Below are positions 1-8,566 of a stretch of DNA of 64,000 nt, in pieces (position 1 is the first letter of the stretch; each line of letters begins with the position of its first letter). The notes below the pieces were generated by a model. That model did no database searches and had not been told where the DNA came from. It saw only the letters and a list, made by a program, of their open reading frames with translations. This stretch comes from an archaeon (GTDB taxonomy: Archaea > Methanobacteriota_B > Thermococci > Methanofastidiosales > NM3): contig RXIG01000024.1 of the NCBI GenBank assembly GCA_004212155.1, forward strand, positions 7,853 through 71,852, read 5' to 3'. The translations under genes and the position numbers were made by a program.

Positions 1-50
1 ACCAGAAATGATATGGTGATGAGGGCAGAAGCCCACAGCACGCCCTTCAT
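1..50 (-). CDS. pstA: Phosphate ABC transporter permease PstA, first 16 codons only (gene runs off window)
   Basis: ATG at 48-50 (minus), 20 nt after the pstC stop. Hydrophobic MKGVLWASALITISFL. Expected position in pstS-pstC-pstA order. Confidence 0.45.
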   Translation of the reverse strand, partial: MKGVLWASALITISFL

Positions 51-69
51 GATCGTTTGCTTCGTATAC

Positions 70-960
70 CTATCCACGCTTCAACCCCCTTCCGAGCCAG
101 ACGTTCGATACGATGTTGAGCACCATTACGATGAGGAAGAGCAGGATGCCAAGTGCGAATATTGAGTAGTAATGCGGCGAACCGACTGCCGCCTCGCCCA
201 TCTCGAGAAGTATTGTCGAGGTGAGCGGCTCCCCGGAGTCGAAAAAGCTTGTTGGAAGCTTTTCGACGTTGCCCACAACAAGCACGACGGCCATCGTCTC
301 GCCGATGGCCCGTCCGACGCCAAGGATGATCGATGCCATTATCCCCGAACTTGCCGAAGGCACGATGATGCGGGCGATCGACTCCCAGTGCGTGGCGCCG
401 AGCGCGAGCGAGCCTTCCTTGTAGGCGCGGGGCACCTGCCGCAACGAGTCCTCAGAGATCGATATGATCGTGGGCAGGATCATGATGGCGAGTATGATCG
501 ACCCGGCAAGGATCGACTCGCCCGTGGGCTGATCGAGTGTGATTCTGATGTACTTGACGATGACGATGAGGCCGAAGAGACCGAAGATGACCGACGGTAT
601 GCCTGCCAGGAGCTCGATGGCCGGTTTGACAATCTCGCGCACGCGCTGGGGCGAAAGCTCTGCCAAGAATATCGCAGTGAGCAACCCGATAGGAACGGCG
701 ATGACGATGGCGCCCACCGTGACAAGCAACGAGCTGACGATAAACGCGGCCGCCCCAAACGTTTCCTTGGACGGATTCCATTCCCTTCCAAAGACGAAGT
801 CGATGACGTTCGTGTATGAGAAGGCCTCAAGGCCCTCCCTGAAGAGGAATATGATAATCAGAAAAATAATGATGATCGAGAAGATTGCGCAAATCCCAAG
901 GATGCCCTTGACCATGTCTTCGCTCAATCTTCGTGCCATGAGTGCCCACCATGAAAACAA
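70..960 (-). CDS. pstC: Phosphate ABC transporter permease PstC
   Basis: 296-aa polytopic membrane ORF. ABC permease loop GRAIGETMAV. Lies between pstS and pstA. Confidence 0.9.
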   Translation of the reverse strand: MFSWWALMARRLSEDMVKGILGICAIFSIIIIFLIIIFLFREGLEAFSYTNVIDFVFGREWNPSKETFGAAAFIVSSLLVTVGAIVIAVPIGLLTAIFLAELSPQRVREIVKPAIELLAGIPSVIFGLFGLIVIVKYIRITLDQPTGESILAGSIILAIMILPTIISISEDSLRQVPRAYKEGSLALGATHWESIARIIVPSASSGIMASIILGVGRAIGETMAVVLVVGNVEKLPTSFFDSGEPLTSTILLEMGEAAVGSPHYYSIFALGILLFLIVMVLNIVSNVWLGRGLKRG

Positions 961-979
961 ATAATAAAAAAAGGATTTA

Positions 980-1816
980 TCAGAGCTTGATAAATCCTTC
1001 GGCTGCTACGATATCCTGGCCCTCGTCGCTCAAGACGAAGTTGATAAACGCCTTTGTGAGGCCTTCTGGTTCGCCGTTCGTTATCATGTAGAGCAGACGG
1101 GAGATGGGGTAGCTGCCATTTGCAACATTGGCTTCGGTTGGTATCACGCCGTCGATCTTTACCGGCTGGACCGTATCATCGAGATAACCAATACCGATGT
1201 AGCCTATGGAGTATGGCGTCTGACCCACCGTGGTCTTTACGGCGCCGTTTGACGGCTTTTGGAGCGCTTCGGATGAGGGGTCTACGTCATCATGGACGAT
1301 CTCCTCGAATGTGGCGCGTGTGCCCGATCCGTCCTCGCGTACGACAACGACGATCTCCTCGTCAGGGCCACCGACTTCGGACCAGTTCGTGATCTGACCC
1401 GTGAATATCTTTTCTACTTGCTCCATCGAAAGAGCGTCGATATCATTCGAGGGGTGAGTGACGACCGCGATGCCGTCGGCAGCCACCGCAGTGGGGACAA
1501 GGCCTGGATATTCCTCCATCTCGCTCGGCTTGACCTCGCGCGATGCGTTGCCGATGTCGACCGTTCCCTGCGCGACCTGCGTGACGCCGGTGCCTGAGCC
1601 GCCGCCCTGAACGGTCACGGTCACGTCAGGGTGCATCTCCATGAACGCCTCTGCCGCGGCCGATGCGATGGGCTGGACGGTCGTTGATCCTGCGATACTG
1701 ATCGTTCCTGAAAGCTCTGAGTCGCCGCCCTCATCGTCTCCGCCGCCGATGCATCCTGCAAGCAGCGAGCCGATCAAAACAGCCATTAACATAAATCCGA
1801 TTCGTTTATTCAACAC
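980..1816 (-). CDS. pstS: Phosphate-binding protein PstS (lipoprotein-type signal)
   Basis: Signal peptide with LLAGC lipobox. SIAGSTTVQP, GGGSGTG and DGSGTR motifs typical of PstS. GTG start preceded by GAGGTGAT. Confidence 0.9.
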   Translation of the reverse strand: MLNKRIGFMLMAVLIGSLLAGCIGGGDDEGGDSELSGTISIAGSTTVQPIASAAAEAFMEMHPDVTVTVQGGGSGTGVTQVAQGTVDIGNASREVKPSEMEEYPGLVPTAVAADGIAVVTHPSNDIDALSMEQVEKIFTGQITNWSEVGGPDEEIVVVVREDGSGTRATFEEIVHDDVDPSSEALQKPSNGAVKTTVGQTPYSIGYIGIGYLDDTVQPVKIDGVIPTEANVANGSYPISRLLYMITNGEPEGLTKAFINFVLSDEGQDIVAAEGFIKL

Positions 1817-1972
1817 ATATCACCTCAAAAGTGCTCTAAACGAGAGTGCAACCATGTAAAATAAATACATTGTCGAAGTAATCTAAATATCTCTCAATAT
1901 TTATATAAAATAAAAAAATTTATATATAATATAGATTTTATAGTAAAATATATAGTATGATTTGTGGTCATC

Positions 1973-2944
1973 ATGGAACAACGCAAGATACAGATCACGG
2001 GCGGTAACTCGTATATCGTGTCACTCCCTCGAGAATGGGTGCTTGCCACGGGGCTTTCCAAGGGCGATTATGTCGGTGTCGAGACGAACGAGGACGGGTC
2101 CATTAGCGTCTACCCCAAGGCCAAGGAACGTAAGAAGCGCCGATTCGTCATCGAGCTGACAGACTCGCTAACACTAAACAACAGGCTGCTCATCTCCAAA
2201 TATCTTGAGGGATACGACGTCATCGAGCTGGTCTCCAGCGAACGCATACAAAAGGACGTTCGAAAGGAGATAATACACACGGTACAAAACCTCATCGGTA
2301 TCGAGATCTTCGAGGAGACGTCAAACAAGTTCGTGCTCTCTACGCTCATCGACTTCGGATCGATTCGCATTGAGAAGATCCTCAGGAGGATGATCATCCT
2401 CACATCATCGATCTTTTCCGAATCGCTACAGGCACTCGCAGAGGGTAACGTGGAGTTCGCCCAGGAGATCATACCGCGGGAGGACGAGGTCGACAAGTTC
2501 TACTTCCACGGGATCCGCGAGCTGGCCGAGGCGTCGCGCACGCCCCAGATCCTCAAGAGCATGGGTATCAACAGGAGCACCGACATCCTCTCCTACCTCA
2601 CCATACTCAAATCGATAGAGCGCATATCCGACTACCTTATCGACATCCTCGGCCTCTTCATAGAAAGCGATCACAGGGTGCCGCAGGAGGTAAGCGCGTT
2701 CGGGGAGAAGTGCAACGTCATATTCAAGGACGTCACGGACAATCTCTTCACGAAGGACCTCAAGAAGGCAAACACGTTCCTCGACTCGTTAAAGGACGAA
2801 GAGGCCAACGTGCCCAACATCACGAAGCTCGAGGACACGTCGATGAAGGGCGTCACATCATACTCGAAGATGGTCGACTACTACCTCCGCATCACGAGGC
2901 ACTGTGCGAACATGTCCGAACTTACCATCAATCTCGCCGTGTAG
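1973..2944 (+). CDS. phoU: PhoU-family phosphate uptake regulator with N-terminal AbrB/SpoVT-like domain
   Basis: N-terminus IQITGGNSYIVSLPREWV (AbrB-like) followed by two PhoU-like helical repeats. Divergent from pstSCA. ATG 1973 is about 23 nt from the TATA-like AAAATATATA. GTG 1964 is an alternative start. Confidence 0.8.
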   Translation: MEQRKIQITGGNSYIVSLPREWVLATGLSKGDYVGVETNEDGSISVYPKAKERKKRRFVIELTDSLTLNNRLLISKYLEGYDVIELVSSERIQKDVRKEIIHTVQNLIGIEIFEETSNKFVLSTLIDFGSIRIEKILRRMIILTSSIFSESLQALAEGNVEFAQEIIPREDEVDKFYFHGIRELAEASRTPQILKSMGINRSTDILSYLTILKSIERISDYLIDILGLFIESDHRVPQEVSAFGEKCNVIFKDVTDNLFTKDLKKANTFLDSLKDEEANVPNITKLEDTSMKGVTSYSKMVDYYLRITRHCANMSELTINLAV

Positions 2945-4007
2945 GGGGCCCTTCGACGCGTATGGGGTGTCCGCAGTCGGGACAGTGGCCGTCATCGGTC
3001 ACGCGGTACGAGATGATGTCATAGCTTGCGCAAAAGGGGCTGATCACCGTGTCATCGCCAACGGACCCCTCCCGCTCTATGAGCATCGCTCCGCACGAGG
3101 GGCAGACCGTGCTCTCGTACCGGGATCCGTAGAGGTCTGATATATATACATATTCTATGCCCGCATCACGGGCCTTTCTGTGATATGATACCAGCATCTC
3201 AGATGGCGTCTCATCATCGGTACTCTTGTACGAGGGGAAGAACTTGCCGAGATGAAGTATCTGCGGGCCATCGAACTGCGAGATAAAGGACAGAAAGTCG
3301 CCATATCCCCTGTCGTCGTTTCGCACGAGGTATGAAAACTCCACGTGCCAGCCCGCCCCCATGACGTGCGATAGTGCCTCCTTGAGTCGAGCAAGCGAAG
3401 CGTTGCAGCTTCGGGCATAGAACTCCTCGTCAAACGTCTTGACGCCGACGATGCATGCATCCATGTGTGGTGAGAGGTAGTCGACCGCCTCCTTGCTCAG
3501 ATACCCGTTCGTGGCCATGGCGGTGAAAAATCCCTTCTTGTGTGCGAGACGGGAGATGTCGTGCACGCTCTCTGCGGAGATCGCGGGCTCGTTGAACGTG
3601 AAGGCTATGCCGTCGGCCCTCTGCGTCCGCGCCTGGCGTATTATCTGCATGGGGGCCACTCGCGTCAGCTCCACTGATGCAAACTCGATGCTCACCATGT
3701 AGTTCTGACAGAAGTCGCATGCGAAGTTGCATCCCACGCCGCCTATCGAATATACCAGGCTGCCTGGCCGATAGTGAAAGAGCGGCTTGCGCTCGATGGG
3801 GTCGGCCCGCGCATGGGAGACGTAGTCGAGCAAACCATAGAGTTCTCCGCCCCTGTTCATCCTCACGCCGCACACCCCATACTGACCCTGCTGCAGGAGA
3901 CATGCGTGCATGCATGCGCTGCAACGAACGCACTCCCCCTCTGTGACATAGAGCGTGCATCGCCTCCATACCGCTTCTGACGCGGTCACTCGTTCATCGC
4001 GGTACAT
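2928..4007 (-). CDS. amrS: AmmeMemoRadiSam-type radical SAM enzyme (PflA-like activase family)
   Basis: CNFACDFCQNY (CxxxCxxC) preceded by GVCGVRMNRGGELY and DPIERKPLFHY. C-terminal CPSC...CPDC ribbon. Confidence 0.8.
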   Translation of the reverse strand: MYRDERVTASEAVWRRCTLYVTEGECVRCSACMHACLLQQGQYGVCGVRMNRGGELYGLLDYVSHARADPIERKPLFHYRPGSLVYSIGGVGCNFACDFCQNYMVSIEFASVELTRVAPMQIIRQARTQRADGIAFTFNEPAISAESVHDISRLAHKKGFFTAMATNGYLSKEAVDYLSPHMDACIVGVKTFDEEFYARSCNASLARLKEALSHVMGAGWHVEFSYLVRNDDRGYGDFLSFISQFDGPQILHLGKFFPSYKSTDDETPSEMLVSYHRKARDAGIEYVYISDLYGSRYESTVCPSCGAMLIEREGSVGDDTVISPFCASYDIISYRVTDDGHCPDCGHPIRVEGPPTRRD

Positions 4008-4602
4008 TCATCCCACACGGCAACTGGACCATTTCTTCCTTGGACGCCGGCGTGAACTCCAGCGCGACAAGCAGGCCCATGAACCCGTCGAAGTCGGCGA
4101 GGTCATAGTACATGGCGCCCTCGAGCGTTCCCATCTGCCTGTTGAGAAGGTTCATCCGATTGGTACGTGCCATCATCGCAAAGCTCTTGTTGGCGCCAAG
4201 GATCTTTCCCTCATAGGTCGTGACGGCAAGCGCCTTGTGGCCCTCCATCTCTACGAGTGCGTTGTACTCCCTGATCATCTGCGTGTCGTCAAGGCGTGTT
4301 GCGATGCCGATTGTTCCACCGTCAGGATGGGGGCGGATCACGATGTTGTTGAGAAACGCCCTGAGGTCGCTTCGCAGGTTGACCGTGGTGAACTCGACCT
4401 CGCTTCCCTCATCGACATCATCGAGGATGTTGTCGAGCATGAGCTTCCTGCGCTTATCGACATCCATGCGTTCGATCGAGTGAATGAACGTGTTGAGCGA
4501 CCAGTCCATCACCTCTTCTGCCTCGAAGCCGAAAAGCTCTTCGGCCTCCAGCGACCAGTGGGTGACAAAGCCTACGTCATCGGTTCGAATAATAGCCTGC
4601 AT
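3994..4602 (-). CDS. Tandem PAS-domain protein
   Basis: Two PAS-like repeats (DDVGFVTHWSLEAEELFGF; TYEGKILGANKSFAMMA). TATA on minus strand about 30 nt upstream of ATG 4602. GTG 4620 is an alternative start. Overlaps the amrS start by 14 nt. Confidence 0.55.
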   Translation of the reverse strand: MQAIIRTDDVGFVTHWSLEAEELFGFEAEEVMDWSLNTFIHSIERMDVDKRRKLMLDNILDDVDEGSEVEFTTVNLRSDLRAFLNNIVIRPHPDGGTIGIATRLDDTQMIREYNALVEMEGHKALAVTTYEGKILGANKSFAMMARTNRMNLLNRQMGTLEGAMYYDLADFDGFMGLLVALEFTPASKEEMVQLPCGMNVPR

Positions 4603-4834
4603 GCACACACTTACGCGCACCTGCTTAAAAAGTTTAATCGAAAAGGGATACCAGCAGACACAATGCTGTGGGAGGTGGAAACAAATAGCCGATTGTGCCT
4701 GCTACCTCTCCCATTCGGTTTCCCTTTTTAAATTTTTCTGAAATAATGGGTGCGATACGATCATCGATTCTACCTTAGGAAATCGCACTTGCAAAACGCA
4801 AATCTTTATAATGCATCATGCACAGATAGCGTGG

Positions 4835-5275
4835 ATGAGCATCAAGTCACGATTGCGTGGTGTGGAAAAGCAACAGGTCAAACGGGAGAAGAGAAAGGCC
4901 AAGGTCGAGGAACGTGAGGAACGCAGGGACTTCCCTCCGCTCGTGCTCATGGGCATCCTCGCGGCCGGCAGCCTGATCGCCCTCATGCCCATACCGCTAT
5001 GGTTCCTTTTTTTGATCTTCCCGCTTGTCACCCGCAACATGGCTACATGGGACTTCTGGACATCGCTAAAGGTCGGAGCGATGATATCCATCGTGACGTT
5101 TATCACGAGACTCGTGTTCTATCTCAGCGAGATAGGCATCGTCGATTTGCTGATGTACTTTGGATACAGCCTTGCTATCATCACGCTGCTGCTCTATACC
5201 GGTTCGTTCCTCGTTGCATTGTTCCAGGGAAGGGGCGTAGAAAAGAAATCGACCGGAAAGAAAAAGAAGAAGTGA
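4835..5275 (+). CDS. Small membrane protein, unknown function
   Basis: Three predicted TM helices, K/E-rich N-terminus, KKKKK C-terminus. TTTATAAT at 4805-4812 is 27 nt upstream of ATG 4835, so the track start 4811 lies inside the TATA box. Confidence 0.5.
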   Translation: MSIKSRLRGVEKQQVKREKRKAKVEEREERRDFPPLVLMGILAAGSLIALMPIPLWFLFLIFPLVTRNMATWDFWTSLKVGAMISIVTFITRLVFYLSEIGIVDLLMYFGYSLAIITLLLYTGSFLVALFQGRGVEKKSTGKKKKK

Positions 5276-5887
5276 TCACTCGAGTTCGAACACGAGCTCG
5301 ATGCCGCGCTCAAGCTCCTCGACGATGATGCCGTTTGCACGCGTTTGCGGATGTGACGGCACGGCCTTGCATCCCGCGGCACCCTCAACGGAGATGTCAT
5401 ACGTCCCGATATCCTTTGCGATCTGTTCTATCTCGAGCTTGTCCATGCACAGGAGCGGGCGCACGACGTGGCGGGGGCTTGCCTTGGATATGAGGATCAT
5501 GTTGTCAAGCGTCTGCGAGGCCACCTGGCCGAGGTTCTCGCCCGTGACGATGACATCGGCGCCCTCATCATCTGCCACCTCGTTGGCGAGCTTCATCATG
5601 GCCCTCTTGCACAACACGCACACGTACGAGCGCGACTTCTCAGAGATCGATGTGATGATCTTTTGCAGGTTCGGGCCGTGCTTGAGCACGTAGAGCTTGA
5701 TGGGGCGGCCATGCAGCTCTGCCAGGTGCATGATGTGGCGCTTGGTCACCTCGAGGTTGATCGGTTCAGAGAATGGGGACGTGTCGTAGGTAAGTGCGAT
5801 GACATCGTAGCCCTGCTCAAGGGCCAGATGGCACGCCACAGGGCTGTCGATGCCGTCCGAGATGAGTGCGATCGCCTTTTTCACCAC
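5276..5887 (-). CDS. Stand-alone ThiI-type PP-loop ATP pyrophosphatase domain (no THUMP, no rhodanese)
   Basis: PP-loop LISDGIDSPVA. CVLC (CxxC) plus a later GCKAVP cysteine, as in archaeal ThiI Fe-S ligands. Only 203 aa. Lies 5 nt downstream of SepCysS. Confidence 0.7.
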   Translation of the reverse strand: MVKKAIALISDGIDSPVACHLALEQGYDVIALTYDTSPFSEPINLEVTKRHIMHLAELHGRPIKLYVLKHGPNLQKIITSISEKSRSYVCVLCKRAMMKLANEVADDEGADVIVTGENLGQVASQTLDNMILISKASPRHVVRPLLCMDKLEIEQIAKDIGTYDISVEGAAGCKAVPSHPQTRANGIIVEELERGIELVFELE

Positions 5888-5892
5888 TCCAC

Positions 5893-7035
5893 CTACATAT
5901 ACTTGTCCTTAATCTCTAAAAAGCTTTCCACAATGTAGTCGACCTGCTCATCGGTAAAGCCAAACGTCGAGAACTTGAAGTGCTTGGTACGCCCCGGCTT
6001 GATACCGACGATGCCGCGCGACTTGAGCTCCTTTGCGAGGAAGTATCCGCGTTTCTTGTGGTGTGAGGCGATCTCGTCGTAGGCGGGCGTCTCGATGGCG
6101 ATGATGTCGTGCTCCTTGGGCGACATGCCAAGGAGCGAGAAGCCACCAGCATCCAAAAGCCGCGAAACGACAGAACGGGCATGTGCGACCTCCCTTTCCC
6201 AGTGCTTGACGCGCTCTTTTACATGCGGAAACGACGAGATGAGTGCGACGACCTCCGAGCCGCGCGTCGAGCAGCCGAGGATCTCGATCGGTTTGACGGG
6301 ATACTCCTTCGAAAAGCGTATGATCCTATCACGATACTCCTCGTTCACTGCAAGGAGACCGGCGTTCCCGCCGCCGATTGCCCACGATTTGTGGGCAGAG
6401 CATGCGATGAAGTCCACACCGAGCTCACGTCCCGATACCGGCATCCTGCCTGCAGAGTATGCGGCGTTGAGGAGAACGGGGACCCCGTGGTCGTGGCATA
6501 CCGAAGCGATCGACTTCGCATCGACGACATTGCCGTAGTTGCCGTCCACATGGGTCACGACGGCAAGCACCGGAGGGCGGCCATGCTCCTTCGTGCCCCG
6601 TTCGATAGCCTCATCGAACATGGCGGGCGTGATCTCAAATGTGGGATGCCCCGACGTTTCGGTACGTATTACCGGCACGCCGTTGCGTTCGGCGGCAACA
6701 AGCGTCGAATAGTGTGCATTGCCATCGGCTACCATCCAGTCGTCCCTGGATGCAAGAGAATGTATGACCGTCTCCTTTGCCTCGCGCGCGCCGTTGGTAA
6801 GGAGCGCATTGTCCATGCCGAGGAACGCAGAGACGTCCTCGATGAACTGCCTGATGGGCGGTTTGTCCGTTGTTCTTAGCGAACCCTTGCACGCATCACA
6901 GACGGCATAGCCATCGACCCACGAGAATATCGCCTTGCGGGTGTCGGCGGGCGTTCGACCCCCCGTCTGGAGGGGGTTGATGTTAAGATAGAGTTCCTCG
7001 ACCATGCGTTCCCCGATGCCACAGACAAGGCTCAC
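5893..7035 (-). CDS. pscS: O-phosphoseryl-tRNA(Cys):Cys-tRNA synthase (SepCysS)
   Basis: LNINPLQTGG, DGYAVCDAC, THVDGNYGN, PLP-lysine context SAHKS, SFPHVKERV and KKRGYFL..LK.RGIVGIKPG all match the SepCysS pattern. GTG start at 7035; ATG 7002 is an alternative. Confidence 0.85.
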   Translation of the reverse strand: MSLVCGIGERMVEELYLNINPLQTGGRTPADTRKAIFSWVDGYAVCDACKGSLRTTDKPPIRQFIEDVSAFLGMDNALLTNGAREAKETVIHSLASRDDWMVADGNAHYSTLVAAERNGVPVIRTETSGHPTFEITPAMFDEAIERGTKEHGRPPVLAVVTHVDGNYGNVVDAKSIASVCHDHGVPVLLNAAYSAGRMPVSGRELGVDFIACSAHKSWAIGGGNAGLLAVNEEYRDRIIRFSKEYPVKPIEILGCSTRGSEVVALISSFPHVKERVKHWEREVAHARSVVSRLLDAGGFSLLGMSPKEHDIIAIETPAYDEIASHHKKRGYFLAKELKSRGIVGIKPGRTKHFKFSTFGFTDEQVDYIVESFLEIKDKYM

Positions 7036-7211
7036 AGCATCTCCTCCTCAATCGTGTCAAGGGACGTGCGGACCTTTTCAAGAAGTGAGGTGAGCTCCTC
7101 CCTGTCACGTTCGGAAAGGGTATGGAAGGGACGAGTGCGCCGCCAAATCTCCTGAATATCGATGAGCGCAAAAATCGCATTGTACGTGTTTTGCACAGAA
7201 CGTTCGCTCAT
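7032..7211 (-). CDS. 59-aa helical protein translationally coupled to SepCysS (candidate truncated SepCysE-like adaptor)
   Basis: Translated by hand: MSERSVQNTYNAIFALIDIQEIWRRTRPFHTLSERDREELTSLLEKVRTSLDTIEEEML. Stop TGA overlaps the SepCysS GTG (GTGA). AGGTGAT SD lies 3 nt upstream. TATA at 7244-7252. Below the ORF-track size cutoff. Confidence 0.55.
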   Translation of the reverse strand: MSERSVQNTYNAIFALIDIQEIWRRTRPFHTLSERDREELTSLLEKVRTSLDTIEEEML

Positions 7212-7243
7212 GGTATCACCTTGAAGTTAGCATGTATGGGGCA

Positions 7244-7252
7244 CATATAAAA
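7244..7252 (-). promoter_or_regulatory. TATA box for the small-ORF/SepCysS/ThiI-like operon
   Basis: Minus-strand TTTTATATG about 37 nt upstream of ATG 7211. Same CATATAAAA motif as upstream of orc1. Confidence 0.45.
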
Positions 7253-7388
7253 CTTTGGAGCAATATGCCATGACGCACATGATTTCTGATTATTCTGGAG
7301 GATCAAGTTGATATGATTATGTAATTTGATTGAGGTATAGGACAAAGGGAAGAAAGGAAAGCTTACAAAAGATTAACATATACAGAAG

Positions 7389-7459
7389 AGCCGGGGGGGA
7401 GATTTGAACTCCCGTGCGAGGATCTGCAGTCCACTGCCAAGCCGCTAGGCGACCCCGGC
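7389..7459 (-). tRNA. tRNA-Cys (anticodon GCA)
   Basis: Hand-folded cloverleaf. Acceptor GCCGGGG/CCCCGGC, D arm with GG, anticodon loop CTGCAGA, T arm GGGAG-TTCAAAT-CTCCC, discriminator U73. 71 nt, CCA not encoded. Confidence 0.9.
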
Positions 7460-7488
7460 ATGAAGGCATGTATCATAATTTGTGACTG

Positions 7489-7496
7489 CTTAAAAG
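7489..7496 (-). promoter_or_regulatory. TATA box of tRNA-Cys
   Basis: Minus-strand CTTTTAAG about 33 nt upstream of tRNA position 1. Confidence 0.4.
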
Positions 7497-7573
7497 CTTT
7501 TCGGATTTGTTCTGATGTCTGTTTTTTCCGTTGAAATGGAAAAATATTTTTCGTATGACGTCGATGAGTATTC

Positions 7574-7837
7574 ATGCGCGCACGAGAGATGCTCAACAAG
7601 CTCAAATGGCACCCGGATTACGAGGCGCGGCGCTACACGGTGGTCTATCTTCACAGGGGTGCACCGAGAAACGAACGTGCCATCGCATTCGAGGACATCG
7701 ATGAGCTGTGCACCTCAGACTTCCGAATCGTGCGCGAAGACGGCATCGAAAGCTATATACCCTACCACAGGGTGTTGCGCATCGAGGGGCCAGATGGCAA
7801 GGTGGTATGGAGGAAGCGACCTCCACCCACCACTTAG
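7574..7837 (+). CDS. DUF504/UPF0248-family small protein
   Basis: LNKLKWHPDY...VVYLHRGAP...IPYHRVLRI pattern of the archaeal UPF0248 family. TATA-like AAAATATTTT lies 28 nt upstream (leaderless). Confidence 0.7.
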   Translation: MRAREMLNKLKWHPDYEARRYTVVYLHRGAPRNERAIAFEDIDELCTSDFRIVREDGIESYIPYHRVLRIEGPDGKVVWRKRPPPTT

Positions 7838-8532
7838 CCGGCAAAAATGTGGGTCGAGATGAGCGAGCGTACGTCATCGATTCCCAGCGGTGGTCCGTGC
7901 CCCGGATGAAACGTCGTGCATCCGCGCACCGCAAGAGACCTGATGCTCTCGCGAAGCGCCCCCTCATCATTGGCGAAGGGGGGATAGGGCGAGAAGATGC
8001 GCATGTTAAAGAGCGTGTCGCCCACGATGCAGTCCCCTCCCTCGAGCACCACGGTCATCGAACCGTCCGTGTGGCCGGGGGTGTGAAACAGTGCACCACG
8101 AACGCCATGCGACAGGAGGTCGTAGGGCGCGTTGACCACGATGGAGGGATCGACCGGATCGAACCGGCCTCTGCTCTTCATGAGCGCATTGCCGATGCGG
8201 GAGAGGATACGTGTGATGAGCCTCGTTCCCCGCGGAAACGGCGCGAATCCCTGCCTAAGGTAGTGCGCATCGTCGTGATGAACGACCACCTTGGCGCCGA
8301 AGCGTTGCGCAACGTGTGCCAGATTCCCCACATGGTCCTCGTGGGCGTGGGTCACGACGACGAGATCTATCCTGTTGAGGCCATCAAGCGCGCGCATGAG
8401 CGCATCGCGCGACGATGCAGGCCCGGTGTCGACGAGCATGACGGTCGAGCCAGACCTCACGAGATATGCGTTCGAACGGCCAACGTTGATGCGAAGGAGT
8501 TCATCGACCATACTTCTTATTGGCATATACAT
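7834..8532 (-). CDS. MBL-fold metallo-hydrolase
   Basis: HAHEDHVGN (HxHxDH) and downstream TPGHTDGS motifs. Confidence 0.8.
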   Translation of the reverse strand: MYMPIRSMVDELLRINVGRSNAYLVRSGSTVMLVDTGPASSRDALMRALDGLNRIDLVVVTHAHEDHVGNLAHVAQRFGAKVVVHHDDAHYLRQGFAPFPRGTRLITRILSRIGNALMKSRGRFDPVDPSIVVNAPYDLLSHGVRGALFHTPGHTDGSMTVVLEGGDCIVGDTLFNMRIFSPYPPFANDEGALRESIRSLAVRGCTTFHPGHGPPLGIDDVRSLISTHIFAG

Positions 8533-8566
8533 ATATTTTAAATGTTCGAAGGAAGAAGGTTAAGAT

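Noticed and set aside
172-964. Several 65-215-aa ORFs on both strands inside pstC (172-819, 452-781, 480-830, 539-964)
   Set aside because: They are shadow frames of a GC-rich gene. Their composition is Arg/Ser/Pro/Asp-rich, they have no motifs, and they fully overlap a well-supported permease gene.
2928-4007. A complete AmmeMemoRadiSam cluster as a local system
   Set aside because: The radical SAM (2928-4007) and Memo-like (34322-35182) genes are 30 kb apart and no AMMECR1 gene is in the window. There is therefore no local cluster to report.
4655-4735. Hairpin GGGAGGT...ACCTCTCCC followed by a T-run, with a 22-codon ORF (MLWEVETNSRLCLLPLPFGFPF) in the PAS/membrane-gene spacer
   Set aside because: The only nearby TATA is oriented and positioned for the minus-strand PAS gene. 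The stem has a bulge or mismatch, and there is no independent support for a transcript.
7254-7388. Possible C/D-box sRNA between tRNA-Cys and the SepCysS operon promoter (ATGACG...CTGA, TGATATGA)
   Set aside because: The boxes deviate from RUGAUGA/CUGA and the spacing does not fit the 12-nt guide geometry on either strand.
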